Below are positions 16,537 through 25,309 of a DNA stretch of 59,624 bases, piece after piece. Source of the DNA: Mariprofundales bacterium. Its GTDB lineage: Bacteria > Pseudomonadota > Zetaproteobacteria > Mariprofundales > J009. The notes beneath the pieces are model-generated. The model was not told the DNA's origin, did no database searches, and was given only the letters and a program-made list of their open reading frames with translations. Numbering within the stretch: position 1 is the first letter of the stretch; the number at the start of each line of letters is the position of its first letter. The DNA is taken from the NCBI GenBank assembly GCA_030950645.1, contig JAUZRF010000007.1:1-59624 (forward strand). The letters are read 5' to 3'. The position numbers and the translations under genes were made by a program.

Positions 16537-16547
16537 ATGCTCTGATG

Positions 16548-16700
16548 GTAACTACTCAGCTTACTTCCGGTTTTCCCGATAGCGGCGTTGAAAAATGCTC
16601 ATTGACAGTAGTAAACTCCGTTTTTTCGCCTTGCTGTCAGAAAATCCAGAGGTAATCTAAGTGGTTACAGCTATTTTTGGGTAGGGTGTTGAGTAGTGAT
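16548..16700 (+). mobile_element. MITE copy: 121-bp core (16548-16668) plus beta module (16663-16700)
   Basis: GTAACTACTCAGCTTACTTCCGG...GGTAATCTAAGTGGTTAC, then AGCTATTTTTGGGTAGGGTGTTGAGTAGTGAT. The TSD is ambiguous: only TGATG is shared. Confidence 0.8.
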
Positions 16701-16711
16701 GTTTTCTAACA

Positions 16712-16749
16712 GCAAAAAGGCCTGCCAGATAAGAGGGTCTGGCAGGCCT
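16712..16749 (-). terminator. Rho-independent terminator (minus strand) about 420 nt downstream of glnE
   Basis: Stem AGGCCTGCCAGA / TCTGGCAGGCCT (16718-16729 / 16738-16749), followed on the minus strand by TTTTTGCT. Confidence 0.65.
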
Positions 16750-16764
16750 TTCGGGGAATCTTGC

Positions 16765-16791
16765 CGTTGCACTGGCATTATGGCCTATATG
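16765..16791. repeat. Left arm of a 27-bp inverted repeat (25/27; partner 16907-16933)
   Basis: CGTTGCACTGGCATTATGGCCTATATG compared with the reverse complement of CATATAAGTCATAATGCCAGTGCAACG. The spacer is 115 bp. Confidence 0.8.
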
Positions 16792-16834
16792 AATTGAACC
16801 CTTTGCGAAGAAAGGTGGGCACCGCATCTGGGTA

Positions 16835-17017
16835 TTAGGTATCCCAATAGAGGGATTCACACAACCTTAGATAGACAAGTTCCCGATCAGTATTCATCGG
16901 CTCAGACATATAAGTCATAATGCCAGTGCAACGAACTTTGTAATGGTTAATAAGCAGGTTTGGTGCCATCACTGGAAAGCCGCCTCGTGAAAAGTCTATT
17001 TTAATCAAAACCATCAT
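16835..17017 (-). CDS. Questionable 60-aa ORF in the glnE-distal spacer
   Basis: The only ORF of 60 aa or more between glnE and the terminator. No convincing RBS and no recognisable motif. Its 3' half overlaps one arm of the 27-bp inverted repeat. Confidence 0.15.
   Translation of the reverse strand: MMVLIKIDFSRGGFPVMAPNLLINHYKVRCTGIMTYMSEPMNTDRELVYLRLCESLYWDT
16907..16933. repeat. Right arm of the 27-bp inverted repeat (partner 16765-16791)
   Basis: CATATAAGTCATAATGCCAGTGCAACG. Confidence 0.8.
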
Positions 17018-17169
17018 TCCATATGATAATCTAATTCATTATTTTCAAGTATTTATCTTGATATTAATCTCGGGCGGAACCCTGGATAACGATCTCTTGC
17101 ACGGTATGATGGCTGGTTGTGATACCATCAACCTTACTCGGAAATAGTTGCCGATATGGCGGATACTGT

Positions 17170-19854
17170 TCACGCCGCTAGTGCGAGAAGGGTATCAAAT
17201 AGCGTACGCGTCTCTTGCATGGTTCGTTGCAGCTCTTGCGGCGTGTGGATGCGGCAATGGCGGCGTAAGGTCTCCCATTCGGTTGCTTCATCTGAGGTGG
17301 GGAGTTTGCGCAAAGATCGCCACAACTCGATCCGAAGTGCGATTTCGATCTGGCGGTAATCATGGTAGTGCTGTGCCAGTTGTGGTCCGTGTTGCTGCCA
17401 TAGGTGCGGGGCGGTGGCGGGAATCTGGGTGAGGATCTGCGCGCTGCCCCGTTGTGAAATATGAAATACCAAGCGGGCGAACTGGGCGAGGAACTCAATG
17501 TCCACCAATCCTCCCGCATCCTGTTTGAGATCAATCATGGCGGGGTTGCTTGAGGCAAGGTGGTGCTCCATCTTTGTTCGCATGGTGCGCACTTCGCTCG
17601 CCAGTATCTTTGGTTCTCGTGGTAGGTTGAGGATGGTCGCGACGGTTTGCTCTACTTGGACAGCCACCGTGCCATCCACGGCAATGGCGCGTGCTCGGCA
17701 CAGCGCTTGATGTTCCCAGGTTTGGGCATGGTGGTGTTGGTAATCGTCGAACCCGCGCAGGGTGGTTACCAGCGCACCGCTCTCTCCGGAAGGGCGCAGG
17801 CGGGCGTCGAATGCAAAGCCAGCTCCGTAGGGTGGGGCCGCCGTCAGGATTTGGATGATGCGCCGCCCTAGCCGCTGCGCCTGCTCACTAATGCTGCGTC
17901 CTGCCATCTCCTGCTTGGGATCATCACACACCAGTACAAACACCATGTCGAGATCGGAGGTGAATCCCATCTCCTCACTGCCATGCTTGCCCATCGCCAG
18001 CGCAACCAGCGGGAAGTTCTCCTCTAGCCCAATTTGGAGGCAGCAGATACGAAGCGCGGCAATGGTGGCACCGTCTGCCAAGCGGGCGAGCCAATAGCCA
18101 ATTGTCGCTGCATCTGCGGTGTGGGCATCGACGGCGAGTGCCGCCAGTAGCCGGCCACGATCAACCAAGCGCCCGATATCGGCAAGTGCCTGTTCGGGGT
18201 CATCATTGGCCAATGTGATGAGTTGTTGATGGATGGTGTCGATATCGTGTTCGTGCATCGCCTGTTCTAGCGGCCACTCCAGCCAGGATGGGTTATTGGC
18301 GATGCGCTGGGCGACATAACGGCTAGCGGAGAGCACGCCGATTAACCAGTTCAGTGTTCCCTCATGGGTGGCGAGCAGATCGATCCAAGTGGCGCGGCCG
18401 CTAATGGTGCGCACCATGTCGACAAACGCCTCGAGTGCCGCCATGCCATTGGTATCATTGCACCATACGGGCATGGCGCGGGCGAGAATGCGCCGCACCT
18501 GCGTGTTGCTGCGCTCGGGCAGTAGCCCACGAGACAACTGCTGGCGTAGCGCCTCCAAAGCGAGGTGAATGCGGCGCGTATCACTGGTGGAAAAGGTTTC
18601 AGGAAGCGCAGGGGGAAGGGGGGATAGCCAGTCGGTGGTACCGCCATCCAACTCGGTAATCGGTAGCACATGGTGGGCGAATAGGCGGTGAATCTCTGCC
18701 GCATGTTGCTGCATAGTTTGGGTGAGGTTTTCCACCTGAAGTCGTGGCTGCAGGTAGTCGGCGAAGTGTTTGGGGAGTTTTTGGGTCTGCTCACCATGTT
18801 GGGCTTGGATGGCATGTTCTACCCGGCGCCAAAAGCGGTAGGCACTGCGCATCGCGTTGGCCTCATCGGCATTGATGATGTTGCTCGCTTGCAACGCTTG
18901 CAGCGCCGCCATGCTGCCGGTCAGGCGGAGCTCAGGCTGACGCGCACCGTGGAGCAGTTGGCGCGATTGAATCATGAATTCAATCTCACGAATTCCCCCT
19001 ATGCCGCGTTTAACATCAAAGCCGGGCGCAATGTCGTTGGCGTGTGTCTGCCCGTCGATGCGGCGTTTCATGTCGGCAAGGGCGGCAACGGTGGTGTAGT
19101 CAAGGTATTTCTTGAAAACAAAGGGTTGAATGCCAGATAAGAGGGCTTTCCCAAGCCGTTGTGAGCCTGCTACAGGCCGTGCCTTGATCAGCATGGCGCG
19201 TTCCCAGGTTTGGCCGAACTGCAGGTAGTGATCGATGGTGGCATCGACCGAGACGGCGACCGGTGATGTGGCACCACCAGGGCGAAGGCGCATATCGACC
19301 GGCCACACCCGACCATGCTCGGTTGGCTCATCAATTAGGCGAATCACCATGCGGGTGAGGTGGGCGTAATACTCTTCGGCGCTGATGGTTTGCCGTCCTC
19401 CACTGCTCTCTCCGGTCGCCTCCCAGACAGATAATAGATCGACATCCGAGCCAAGGTTGAGCTCATAGCCCCCCAATTTCCCCAGGCCGATGATGCAGTA
19501 TTCTCCCCCCGCGATGTGACCGTAACGGGGGGTGAGAAGGGTCTCGGCCATGGTTAGTGCTTGGCCTAATAGCCCGTCTGCGAGCCGCGATATCGCGCGC
19601 CATGAGGCAGCGATATCACCGTGCAGCGCCAGTTCCCACCAGATGATGTGACTCATGCTGCGCGCAAAGTGGTGGCGCAGATGGTGTTGCGCCTCAGCGA
19701 TGTTACTGGGATTGCAGGGCGGGAGCCATTGGGCTGAGCCATCGGGAAGTGAGGCTGCGGCGAGGTTGTCGGCGAGCGCATCTCGATTCAATCCTGCTCG
19801 TCGTAGTAAGGTGGCGAGGTATGGGGTGGGCAAGATAGCATCCGTCGGTAGCAT
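17170..19854 (-). CDS. glnE: Bifunctional glutamine synthetase adenylyltransferase / adenylyl-removing enzyme
   Basis: 894 aa with two nucleotidyltransferase domains (GLGKLGGYELNLGSDVDLL and ALGKHGSEEMGFTSDLDMVFV). Confidence 0.95.
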   Translation of the reverse strand: MLPTDAILPTPYLATLLRRAGLNRDALADNLAAASLPDGSAQWLPPCNPSNIAEAQHHLRHHFARSMSHIIWWELALHGDIAASWRAISRLADGLLGQALTMAETLLTPRYGHIAGGEYCIIGLGKLGGYELNLGSDVDLLSVWEATGESSGGRQTISAEEYYAHLTRMVIRLIDEPTEHGRVWPVDMRLRPGGATSPVAVSVDATIDHYLQFGQTWERAMLIKARPVAGSQRLGKALLSGIQPFVFKKYLDYTTVAALADMKRRIDGQTHANDIAPGFDVKRGIGGIREIEFMIQSRQLLHGARQPELRLTGSMAALQALQASNIINADEANAMRSAYRFWRRVEHAIQAQHGEQTQKLPKHFADYLQPRLQVENLTQTMQQHAAEIHRLFAHHVLPITELDGGTTDWLSPLPPALPETFSTSDTRRIHLALEALRQQLSRGLLPERSNTQVRRILARAMPVWCNDTNGMAALEAFVDMVRTISGRATWIDLLATHEGTLNWLIGVLSASRYVAQRIANNPSWLEWPLEQAMHEHDIDTIHQQLITLANDDPEQALADIGRLVDRGRLLAALAVDAHTADAATIGYWLARLADGATIAALRICCLQIGLEENFPLVALAMGKHGSEEMGFTSDLDMVFVLVCDDPKQEMAGRSISEQAQRLGRRIIQILTAAPPYGAGFAFDARLRPSGESGALVTTLRGFDDYQHHHAQTWEHQALCRARAIAVDGTVAVQVEQTVATILNLPREPKILASEVRTMRTKMEHHLASSNPAMIDLKQDAGGLVDIEFLAQFARLVFHISQRGSAQILTQIPATAPHLWQQHGPQLAQHYHDYRQIEIALRIELWRSLRKLPTSDEATEWETLRRHCRIHTPQELQRTMQETRTLFDTLLALAA

Positions 19855-19897
19855 GGCGCGAGGGTAGCAGTGTTGCCGTTGCGACTCTACTTGATTC

Positions 19898-20020
19898 GTA
19901 ACTACTCAGCTCACTTCCGGTTTTCCCGATAGCGGCGTTGAAAAATGCGCATTATACAGTATGTAAACTCCGCTTTTTCGCCTTGCTATCAGAAAAACCG
20001 GAAGCACTCTGAGTAGTTAC
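19898..20020 (+). mobile_element. MITE copy, 123-bp core
   Basis: Perfect 8-bp TSD CTTGATTC at 19890-19897 and 20021-20028. Confidence 0.9.
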
Positions 20021-20059
20021 CTTGATTCCATCGACTTTGGGTCGCGATCAGGAGAGAAG

Positions 20060-20704
20060 ATGAAAAAACGAGAAATTCTAGCCAATGGCCTGTGGCACAA
20101 CAATGCAGTTTTTGCCCAACTGCTCGGCATGTGCCCGCTACTGGGTGTAACCACCTCTGCGGCCAATGGTTTCTGGATGGGGGCGATTACCCTGCTGGTG
20201 CTGCTTAGCTCCAACACCTTGGTTTCATTGGTACGCCATCAGGTGCCACATCAGGTGCGGATTCCGGTGTACATTACCATCATTGCCACCTTTGTCACCA
20301 TCTTTGGCATGGCGATGGATGCCTGGATGCACGACACTTTCTTGGTGTTGGGGCTGTTTATTCCGCTGATTGTGGTGAACTGCTCGATTCTTGGTCGCGC
20401 GGAGGCCTTTGCTAGCAAAAACAGCTTGGGCGCTTCGTTGATTGATGCCTTAGGTATGGGACTGGGCTTCACCTTCGCGCTGGTGGTGCTCGGTGGTGTG
20501 CGTGAATTCTTGGGCAAGGGTGAGTTGTTCGGCTTTAACCTGCTGGGGGCGGATTATCCCGGTTTTATTATGTTTGTGCTGCCACCGGGGGCATTTATTG
20601 CGCTGGGATTCATCCTTGCGGTGGTCAATAGCATCAAGCAGCGCAGAGCCTTGGCTTCACGCAGCATCGCAGGTGAAACCATGCCGCAACCGGTGACGGC
20701 GTAA
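20060..20704 (+). CDS. rnfE: Rnf/Rsx electron-transport complex subunit E
   Basis: NGLWHNNAVFAQLLGMCPLLGVTTSA...IPLIVVNCSILGRAEAFA is collinear with RnfE/RsxE. No other rnf genes are adjacent. Confidence 0.8.
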   Translation: MKKREILANGLWHNNAVFAQLLGMCPLLGVTTSAANGFWMGAITLLVLLSSNTLVSLVRHQVPHQVRIPVYITIIATFVTIFGMAMDAWMHDTFLVLGLFIPLIVVNCSILGRAEAFASKNSLGASLIDALGMGLGFTFALVVLGGVREFLGKGELFGFNLLGADYPGFIMFVLPPGAFIALGFILAVVNSIKQRRALASRSIAGETMPQPVTA

Positions 20705-20717
20705 CCCTTTCGCGGAG

Positions 20718-20834
20718 GTAACTGCTCAGATTGCGCCTTATTTTTCTGACAGCAAGGCGAAACAGCGGAGTTTACTACTGTAAATGCGTATTTTCAACGC
20801 CACTATCGGGAAAACCGGGAGTGAGCTGAGTTAT
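20718..20834 (-). mobile_element. MITE copy, core with eroded right terminus
   Basis: GTAACTGCTCAGATTGCGCC...GGGAGTGAGCTGAGTTAT. No TSD. The TAA stop of the PilZ gene lies in the eroded end. Confidence 0.8.
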
Positions 20835-21421
20835 GTTTCGTCTTCAATCTTTTTGAGACGAATGGATTCCCGGTTGCGTTTGAATACATAGCGCGCCAGC
20901 GAGTTCTCCTCTTCTTGGTCGCGGAAGATAAATTTGATGCCGACGAATGGCTCTCCGGTCTCTTTTTTGCGTATCCACATGATCTTGCCGATGAGCTGCA
21001 TGGTGGTGGGTGGGAAAGTGCTTAATTGCATGATCAGTTCAACTGGTTCACCCCGCCTGTATTGGTGTTCAGGAACCAGCGCAGCACCGGTGCAACTCAG
21101 ATTGATGGGTCGTTCTTTCAGCTGAGCCTGTTCGGCCTGGTTGATCATGTTCGAGCCGATAAGGAAGTTGAGTTTGGCGTCGAGCTGGCTCATGGCATCG
21201 CTTAACTCGGTATTGAGATGGTCGCGCACCTCACTGTTGAACATATCCTTGCTGATCATGCTTTGCAACATCGATGATTGGCGGGATCTGGCATCAATTT
21301 GATGCTTTTTAATCTCAAACTCTTCATGGGTGAGCGGCTCGTCACGGATTGGCATGACATCATTGACTCGAAAATCCTGACGGGAGTTGTCGAGCTCTTT
21401 CTCTAATTTTTTCTTAGCCAT
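20831..21421 (-). CDS. PilZ-domain protein (putative c-di-GMP receptor)
   Basis: C-terminal PilZ-like beta-barrel (ERPINLSCTGAAL...GEPVELIM...GIKFIF..EEE...LARYVF). ATG 21421 has an AAGGAG RBS. The ORF track extends to 21469. Confidence 0.65.
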   Translation of the reverse strand: MAKKKLEKELDNSRQDFRVNDVMPIRDEPLTHEEFEIKKHQIDARSRQSSMLQSMISKDMFNSEVRDHLNTELSDAMSQLDAKLNFLIGSNMINQAEQAQLKERPINLSCTGAALVPEHQYRRGEPVELIMQLSTFPPTTMQLIGKIMWIRKKETGEPFVGIKFIFRDQEEENSLARYVFKRNRESIRLKKIEDET

Positions 21422-21530
21422 CGGCACTCCTTGTTTTCCATAAATAAGCCACATTGGGTGTGATCCCAAGTAGCAGCATGTTGCGAACCATACACATGGC
21501 GGCTATGGCTTGCCTAGTCTAATGTAGTCT

Positions 21531-21567
21531 GTAACTACCCAGCACCCCACCAGAAAATAGCTGTAAC
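21531..21567 (-). mobile_element. Solo 37-bp beta short module with its own TSD
   Basis: GTAACTACCCAGCACCCCACCAGAAAATAGCTGTAAC flanked by perfect TGTAGTCT (21523-21530 / 21568-21575). Confidence 0.8.
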
Positions 21568-21573
21568 TGTAGT

Positions 21574-22614
21574 CTAATGACCCCTTTTGCTCAGTAGTAG
21601 GTGTGACCCTTTGTGTAGCAATCGGCTGGCGGAGAGGTCAATACCGCCGCGCCCCCCCTGTTGGTGCCATGCCTCCACCGCTTGAATGTGGCGCCGTCCC
21701 AGGCAGACCGATGCACCAAGCAGTTCACGGGCCATGGACTGCAAGATAGCTGCACGAATGGGCGCGGATTGAAGGCGCCACTTCTGCCATAACACGGCGA
21801 CACCGGCTTGCTGTTTGGTGATGGGAACGGTTTGCGCCAAGGCTTCAATATGCTGTTGTAACCGTTGTGCTTGCGCACTTAGGCGCGTGAATAGTTCAGT
21901 GGCCGGATGGCAATTGCTGCCGTCTGGTATGGTGTTCATGGCGCTGTTCATGGCGGGAAGGAGGGAGTGGCGCAATCGGTTGCGTAGCAGGGTGGTATCG
22001 TGGTTGGAGGGGTCTTCTAGCCAGAGGATGCAGGCTTGCTTGAGTGCGGTGCGCAATGCGGAACCGGGTTGGCGCAGCAGGGGGCGCAGCAGGTGTAGTG
22101 TGCCTAGCATCTGCTCTGATCGGATGCCGCAGCACCCTCGCACGCCAGCACCTTGTAGCAGGCGCATCAGTACCGTCTCAGCTTGGTCATCGCGATGGTG
22201 GGCAAGGGCGATATGGTGGATACCGCGCTGTTTGGCGAGGTCACGAAACGCCGTCATGCGCGCATGGCGCGCTGAGGCTTCGCGGTTGCGCCCTGGATCA
22301 CACTGCACGGTGCGGCAACGAAAGGGGATCTGCCAATCATGGCACCGTTCGGCCAAAATTTGGGCGTGATGCTGGGAGGCGGCATGCCATCCGTGGTCAA
22401 TATGCCATGCCTCGATATGTGGGTGCCATTCTGCCAGTGCCAACAGCAGGGCGGTGGAGTCCGCTCCACCGGAGTAGCCAATCGCCAAGGGTTGTGTGCG
22501 GTCAATCAGTGATTCTGCGCCCACTAACCACGCGCTGGCGGCGGTCAAGTGTGGTCGCTGGCAGTGATTCTTCGCTGGCACAATGCTGCTTTGACGGGTC
22601 TGGCTGGTTAGCAT
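21574..22614 (-). CDS. tilS: tRNA(Ile)-lysidine synthetase
   Basis: PP-loop LAIGYSGGADSTALLLAL. Start uncertain: ATG 22614 lies only 7 nt from the divergent gene's ATG, so a downstream GTG is possible. The ORF track extends to 22797. Confidence 0.8.
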   Translation of the reverse strand: MLTSQTRQSSIVPAKNHCQRPHLTAASAWLVGAESLIDRTQPLAIGYSGGADSTALLLALAEWHPHIEAWHIDHGWHAASQHHAQILAERCHDWQIPFRCRTVQCDPGRNREASARHARMTAFRDLAKQRGIHHIALAHHRDDQAETVLMRLLQGAGVRGCCGIRSEQMLGTLHLLRPLLRQPGSALRTALKQACILWLEDPSNHDTTLLRNRLRHSLLPAMNSAMNTIPDGSNCHPATELFTRLSAQAQRLQQHIEALAQTVPITKQQAGVAVLWQKWRLQSAPIRAAILQSMARELLGASVCLGRRHIQAVEAWHQQGGRGGIDLSASRLLHKGSHLLLSKRGH

Positions 22615-22621
22615 TGGCGAT

Positions 22622-23485
22622 ATGATCAAACGGTTTTTTCTTTTCCTCTTTTTGTTCCAGATGGTGTTGTTCAACGCGACGCGCGTTGATGCCGCGCGTG
22701 TGCATGCGGAGGCCGTGGGCGTAACCCTGCCACCGCTGGGTGGTATGGTGCAGCTTTTGTTGCCGCAATCGGCACCGATATGCTTGCTCCGCGCCAACGC
22801 AGACCCGCACCATAGCCAGTTGACGCCCCATCAGGTGGAGCAGTTGCGGCGGTTCACGGTGCTGGTGCGTAGCAGTGGCGATGATGGTGGCTGGAGCGGG
22901 CTGAAGCCGCGGAAAAGCGCGAATGGAGCCAGTGGGGGCGCTAGTGGGAGCGGCGTAGTCGATCTGTGGCCGCAAGCGCATCACGCTTGGCTAGTGCCTG
23001 CAGATGTGGAGCACGGCTTGGCAATATTGGTGCCAGGGCTTGGGGCTTTGGCAACGCCGCAACAGCTTGCGCATCAGCAATCGTTGGCAATATCCCGGTT
23101 GCAGCAGTTGGATCGCCGCTGGCGGCAGCTATTGCAGCCGCTTAAACAGCGTGGCGTGATCATGCAGCATCCGGCTTGGCAGCGGCTGTTTGTCCATTAT
23201 GGCATTCCGGTGCGGGCGGTGTTGGAGCTGTCACACCATGGCCATGAGGCGAGTCCCCGTATGTTGGAGAAAACGCTTAAGCTGCTACGAGGCGCCAATC
23301 CGCCGTTGCTGGTGGCGGAGGTGAGTCATACCAATCGCATGCTCGATTGGCTTCATACCCATGCACCGAAATCGCAAATGGTGACGCTGAACGCCTTGGG
23401 CTCTTGTGGTCAGCCGTTGCTGTCGTTGATTGCCGATAATCAACAGATTCTCGCCCGCATGCTTGAACCTTCGACGCAGCCTTGA
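22622..23485 (+). CDS. Periplasmic metal-binding protein of an ABC transporter (ZnuA/TroA-like, divergent)
   Basis: Signal peptide MIKRFFLFLFLFQMVLF. The C-terminal half resembles cluster-9 SBPs (...HHGHEASPRMLEKTLKLLRGANPPLLVAE...). Followed by ATPase and permease genes. Confidence 0.6.
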   Translation: MIKRFFLFLFLFQMVLFNATRVDAARVHAEAVGVTLPPLGGMVQLLLPQSAPICLLRANADPHHSQLTPHQVEQLRRFTVLVRSSGDDGGWSGLKPRKSANGASGGASGSGVVDLWPQAHHAWLVPADVEHGLAILVPGLGALATPQQLAHQQSLAISRLQQLDRRWRQLLQPLKQRGVIMQHPAWQRLFVHYGIPVRAVLELSHHGHEASPRMLEKTLKLLRGANPPLLVAEVSHTNRMLDWLHTHAPKSQMVTLNALGSCGQPLLSLIADNQQILARMLEPSTQP

Positions 23486-24270
23486 GCGCATCGGTTGAGG
23501 TAGAGGGGATCGGCTTCGGAGCCGCATCAGACCCCGTGTTGGAGAACATTACCTTCTCGTTAGCGGCGGGCCATTTTATGGGTATCGTCGGCCCCAACGG
23601 CGCGGGCAAGAGCACGCTGCTGGCGTTGCTGATTGGGATGCTAACTCCCCGTAGCGGCATAGTGCGCTTTGCTGGGGTGGCGATGGATGCCAAACATCGC
23701 CGTAAAATTTTACAGCGGGTGGCTTTTGTGCATCAGTTGCAAGCGCAACACCCCTCGCTACCGATTACGGTGGAAGAGGTGGTGGCAATGGGAGACCCCA
23801 AATTCGGCAGCTGGCTATGGCGTCGTGCCAAGGTGCGCGACCGGATCGCTGAGGCACTGGAATCGGTCGGGATCCTCCACTGCATGGCCAAGGATTTTCG
23901 TGTTTTATCGGGTGGGCAGCGCCAGCGGGTGCGGTTGGCGCGCGCCTTGATGCGCAATCCCACCGTGCTCTTGCTTGATGAGCCCTCGGCGGCTCTTGAT
24001 ACCCAAGCACAAGACCAACTCTACCGATTATTGCGCCAGCTGTGCGATCAACAGGGCAAGACCATTATTATGGTTGAGCATGATATTGCTGCAATTTCTT
24101 CTTTTGTGGATTCGGTGGCCTGCCTCAACCGCCGCATTCATCACCACGCCATGGCTGGTGAGCAGATTCCACCGCAGGTGTGGCAGGATATGTACGGATC
24201 ACACATGCATGTGATGGCACATGATCACGCTTGCATTGGTTGCCAGCAGCCGGAGGTCACGGTGGTATGA
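23482..24270 (+). CDS. znuC: Metal (Zn/Mn-type) ABC transporter ATP-binding protein
   Basis: Walker A GPNGAGKST, signature LSGGQRQR and Walker B LLLDEP. The TTG start overlaps the upstream stop. Confidence 0.85.
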   Translation: MSASVEVEGIGFGAASDPVLENITFSLAAGHFMGIVGPNGAGKSTLLALLIGMLTPRSGIVRFAGVAMDAKHRRKILQRVAFVHQLQAQHPSLPITVEEVVAMGDPKFGSWLWRRAKVRDRIAEALESVGILHCMAKDFRVLSGGQRQRVRLARALMRNPTVLLLDEPSAALDTQAQDQLYRLLRQLCDQQGKTIIMVEHDIAAISSFVDSVACLNRRIHHHAMAGEQIPPQVWQDMYGSHMHVMAHDHACIGCQQPEVTVV

Positions 24271-24272
24271 TG

Positions 24273-24425
24273 GTAACTACTCAGCTCACTCCCAGTTTTC
24301 CTGATTGCGGCGTTGAAAAATACTCATTTACAGTAGTAAACTCCGCTTTTTCGCCTTGTTATCAGAAAAACCGGAAGCAATCTGAGCAGTTACAGCCATT
24401 TTTTGGTAGGGTGCTTAGTAGTTAC
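24273..24425 (+). mobile_element. MITE copy: 121-bp core (24273-24393) plus beta module (24388-24425)
   Basis: 7/8 TSD GTATGATG (24265-24272) / GCATGATG (24426-24433). Inserted between the znuC stop and the znuB start. Confidence 0.9.
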
Positions 24426-24427
24426 GC

Positions 24428-25255
24428 ATGATGGATGGTTTTTTTGCCAGCGAGGTGATGCGTGATGCCTTGTGGCCAGCGCTGCTGATCGCAGTGGTCG
24501 CCTCCACGGTATCGGTGATGGTGTTGGCGCATCGGCTATCATTTCTCACCGTCGGGGTGGCGCACGCTTCATTGGCAGGGTTGGGACTGGCGGCGGTGAC
24601 AGGGTTGCCTTTATTGCCGATGGCCTCGCTGGTAGCGGTCAGTGTGGCGCTGCTTTTGCCATGGATGCCAACCGGCAAAGGTATCCACAACGATGCTGCC
24701 TCCGGGATGCTGTTTTCTGGAAGTATGGCGCTGGGGGTGTTGCTATTGGCAGGTGCTGATCGTCAGCAGGTGGATATTTTTGGTCTGCTTTTTGGCAATA
24801 TTCTATTGATTTCGCAGCAAGACATATCATATCTGATGTTGATATCCTGTGGGGTGATGGTTGCGGTGGCTTGGGCGGCGCGGGTGTGGTGGAGCATCGC
24901 CTTTGATGCCACCACGGCCGAGGCGAATGGGGTGCCGGTGCAGCGTTATCGCCTGCTGCTCTATGCGGTGGTTGGCTTAACGGTGATTCTGTGTGTCAAA
25001 TTGGCAGGGGTGGTGCTGACTACCGGACTGATGGTGCTGCCGGCAGCAATCGCCTGGTTCTGGGGGCGGTCGTTATGGTCGTTGTGGTGGGTGAGTATGG
25101 TGGCTGCCATCACCGGTGTGTTTGGTGGTTTGATGGTCTCATACGCCGCCGACTGGCCCGCCGGAGCGACCATTGTGATGATGCTGTGCCTGTTGTTTTG
25201 TGGCAGTTGGGGTACGCAATGGTTGATGCAGCGTGATCGCCGTTCGCAGATATAG
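24428..25255 (+). CDS. znuB: Metal ABC transporter permease (ABC-3 family)
   Basis: 275 aa with 8-9 TM helices, typical ZnuB/MntB-like. Its ATG lies within the right TSD copy. Confidence 0.85.
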   Translation: MMDGFFASEVMRDALWPALLIAVVASTVSVMVLAHRLSFLTVGVAHASLAGLGLAAVTGLPLLPMASLVAVSVALLLPWMPTGKGIHNDAASGMLFSGSMALGVLLLAGADRQQVDIFGLLFGNILLISQQDISYLMLISCGVMVAVAWAARVWWSIAFDATTAEANGVPVQRYRLLLYAVVGLTVILCVKLAGVVLTTGLMVLPAAIAWFWGRSLWSLWWVSMVAAITGVFGGLMVSYAADWPAGATIVMMLCLLFCGSWGTQWLMQRDRRSQI

Positions 25256-25277
25256 GGATCATCAATGCGCCCATGGA

Positions 25278-25309
25278 TGGGATGTTTTCAATGGGTGCTG
25301 AGTAGTTGC
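25278..25309 (+). repeat. Solo alpha short-module fragment
   Basis: GGATGTTTTCAATGGGTGCTGAGTAGTTGC. Lacks the GTTAC left end. Read as the last 8 codons and stop of birA. Confidence 0.55.
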
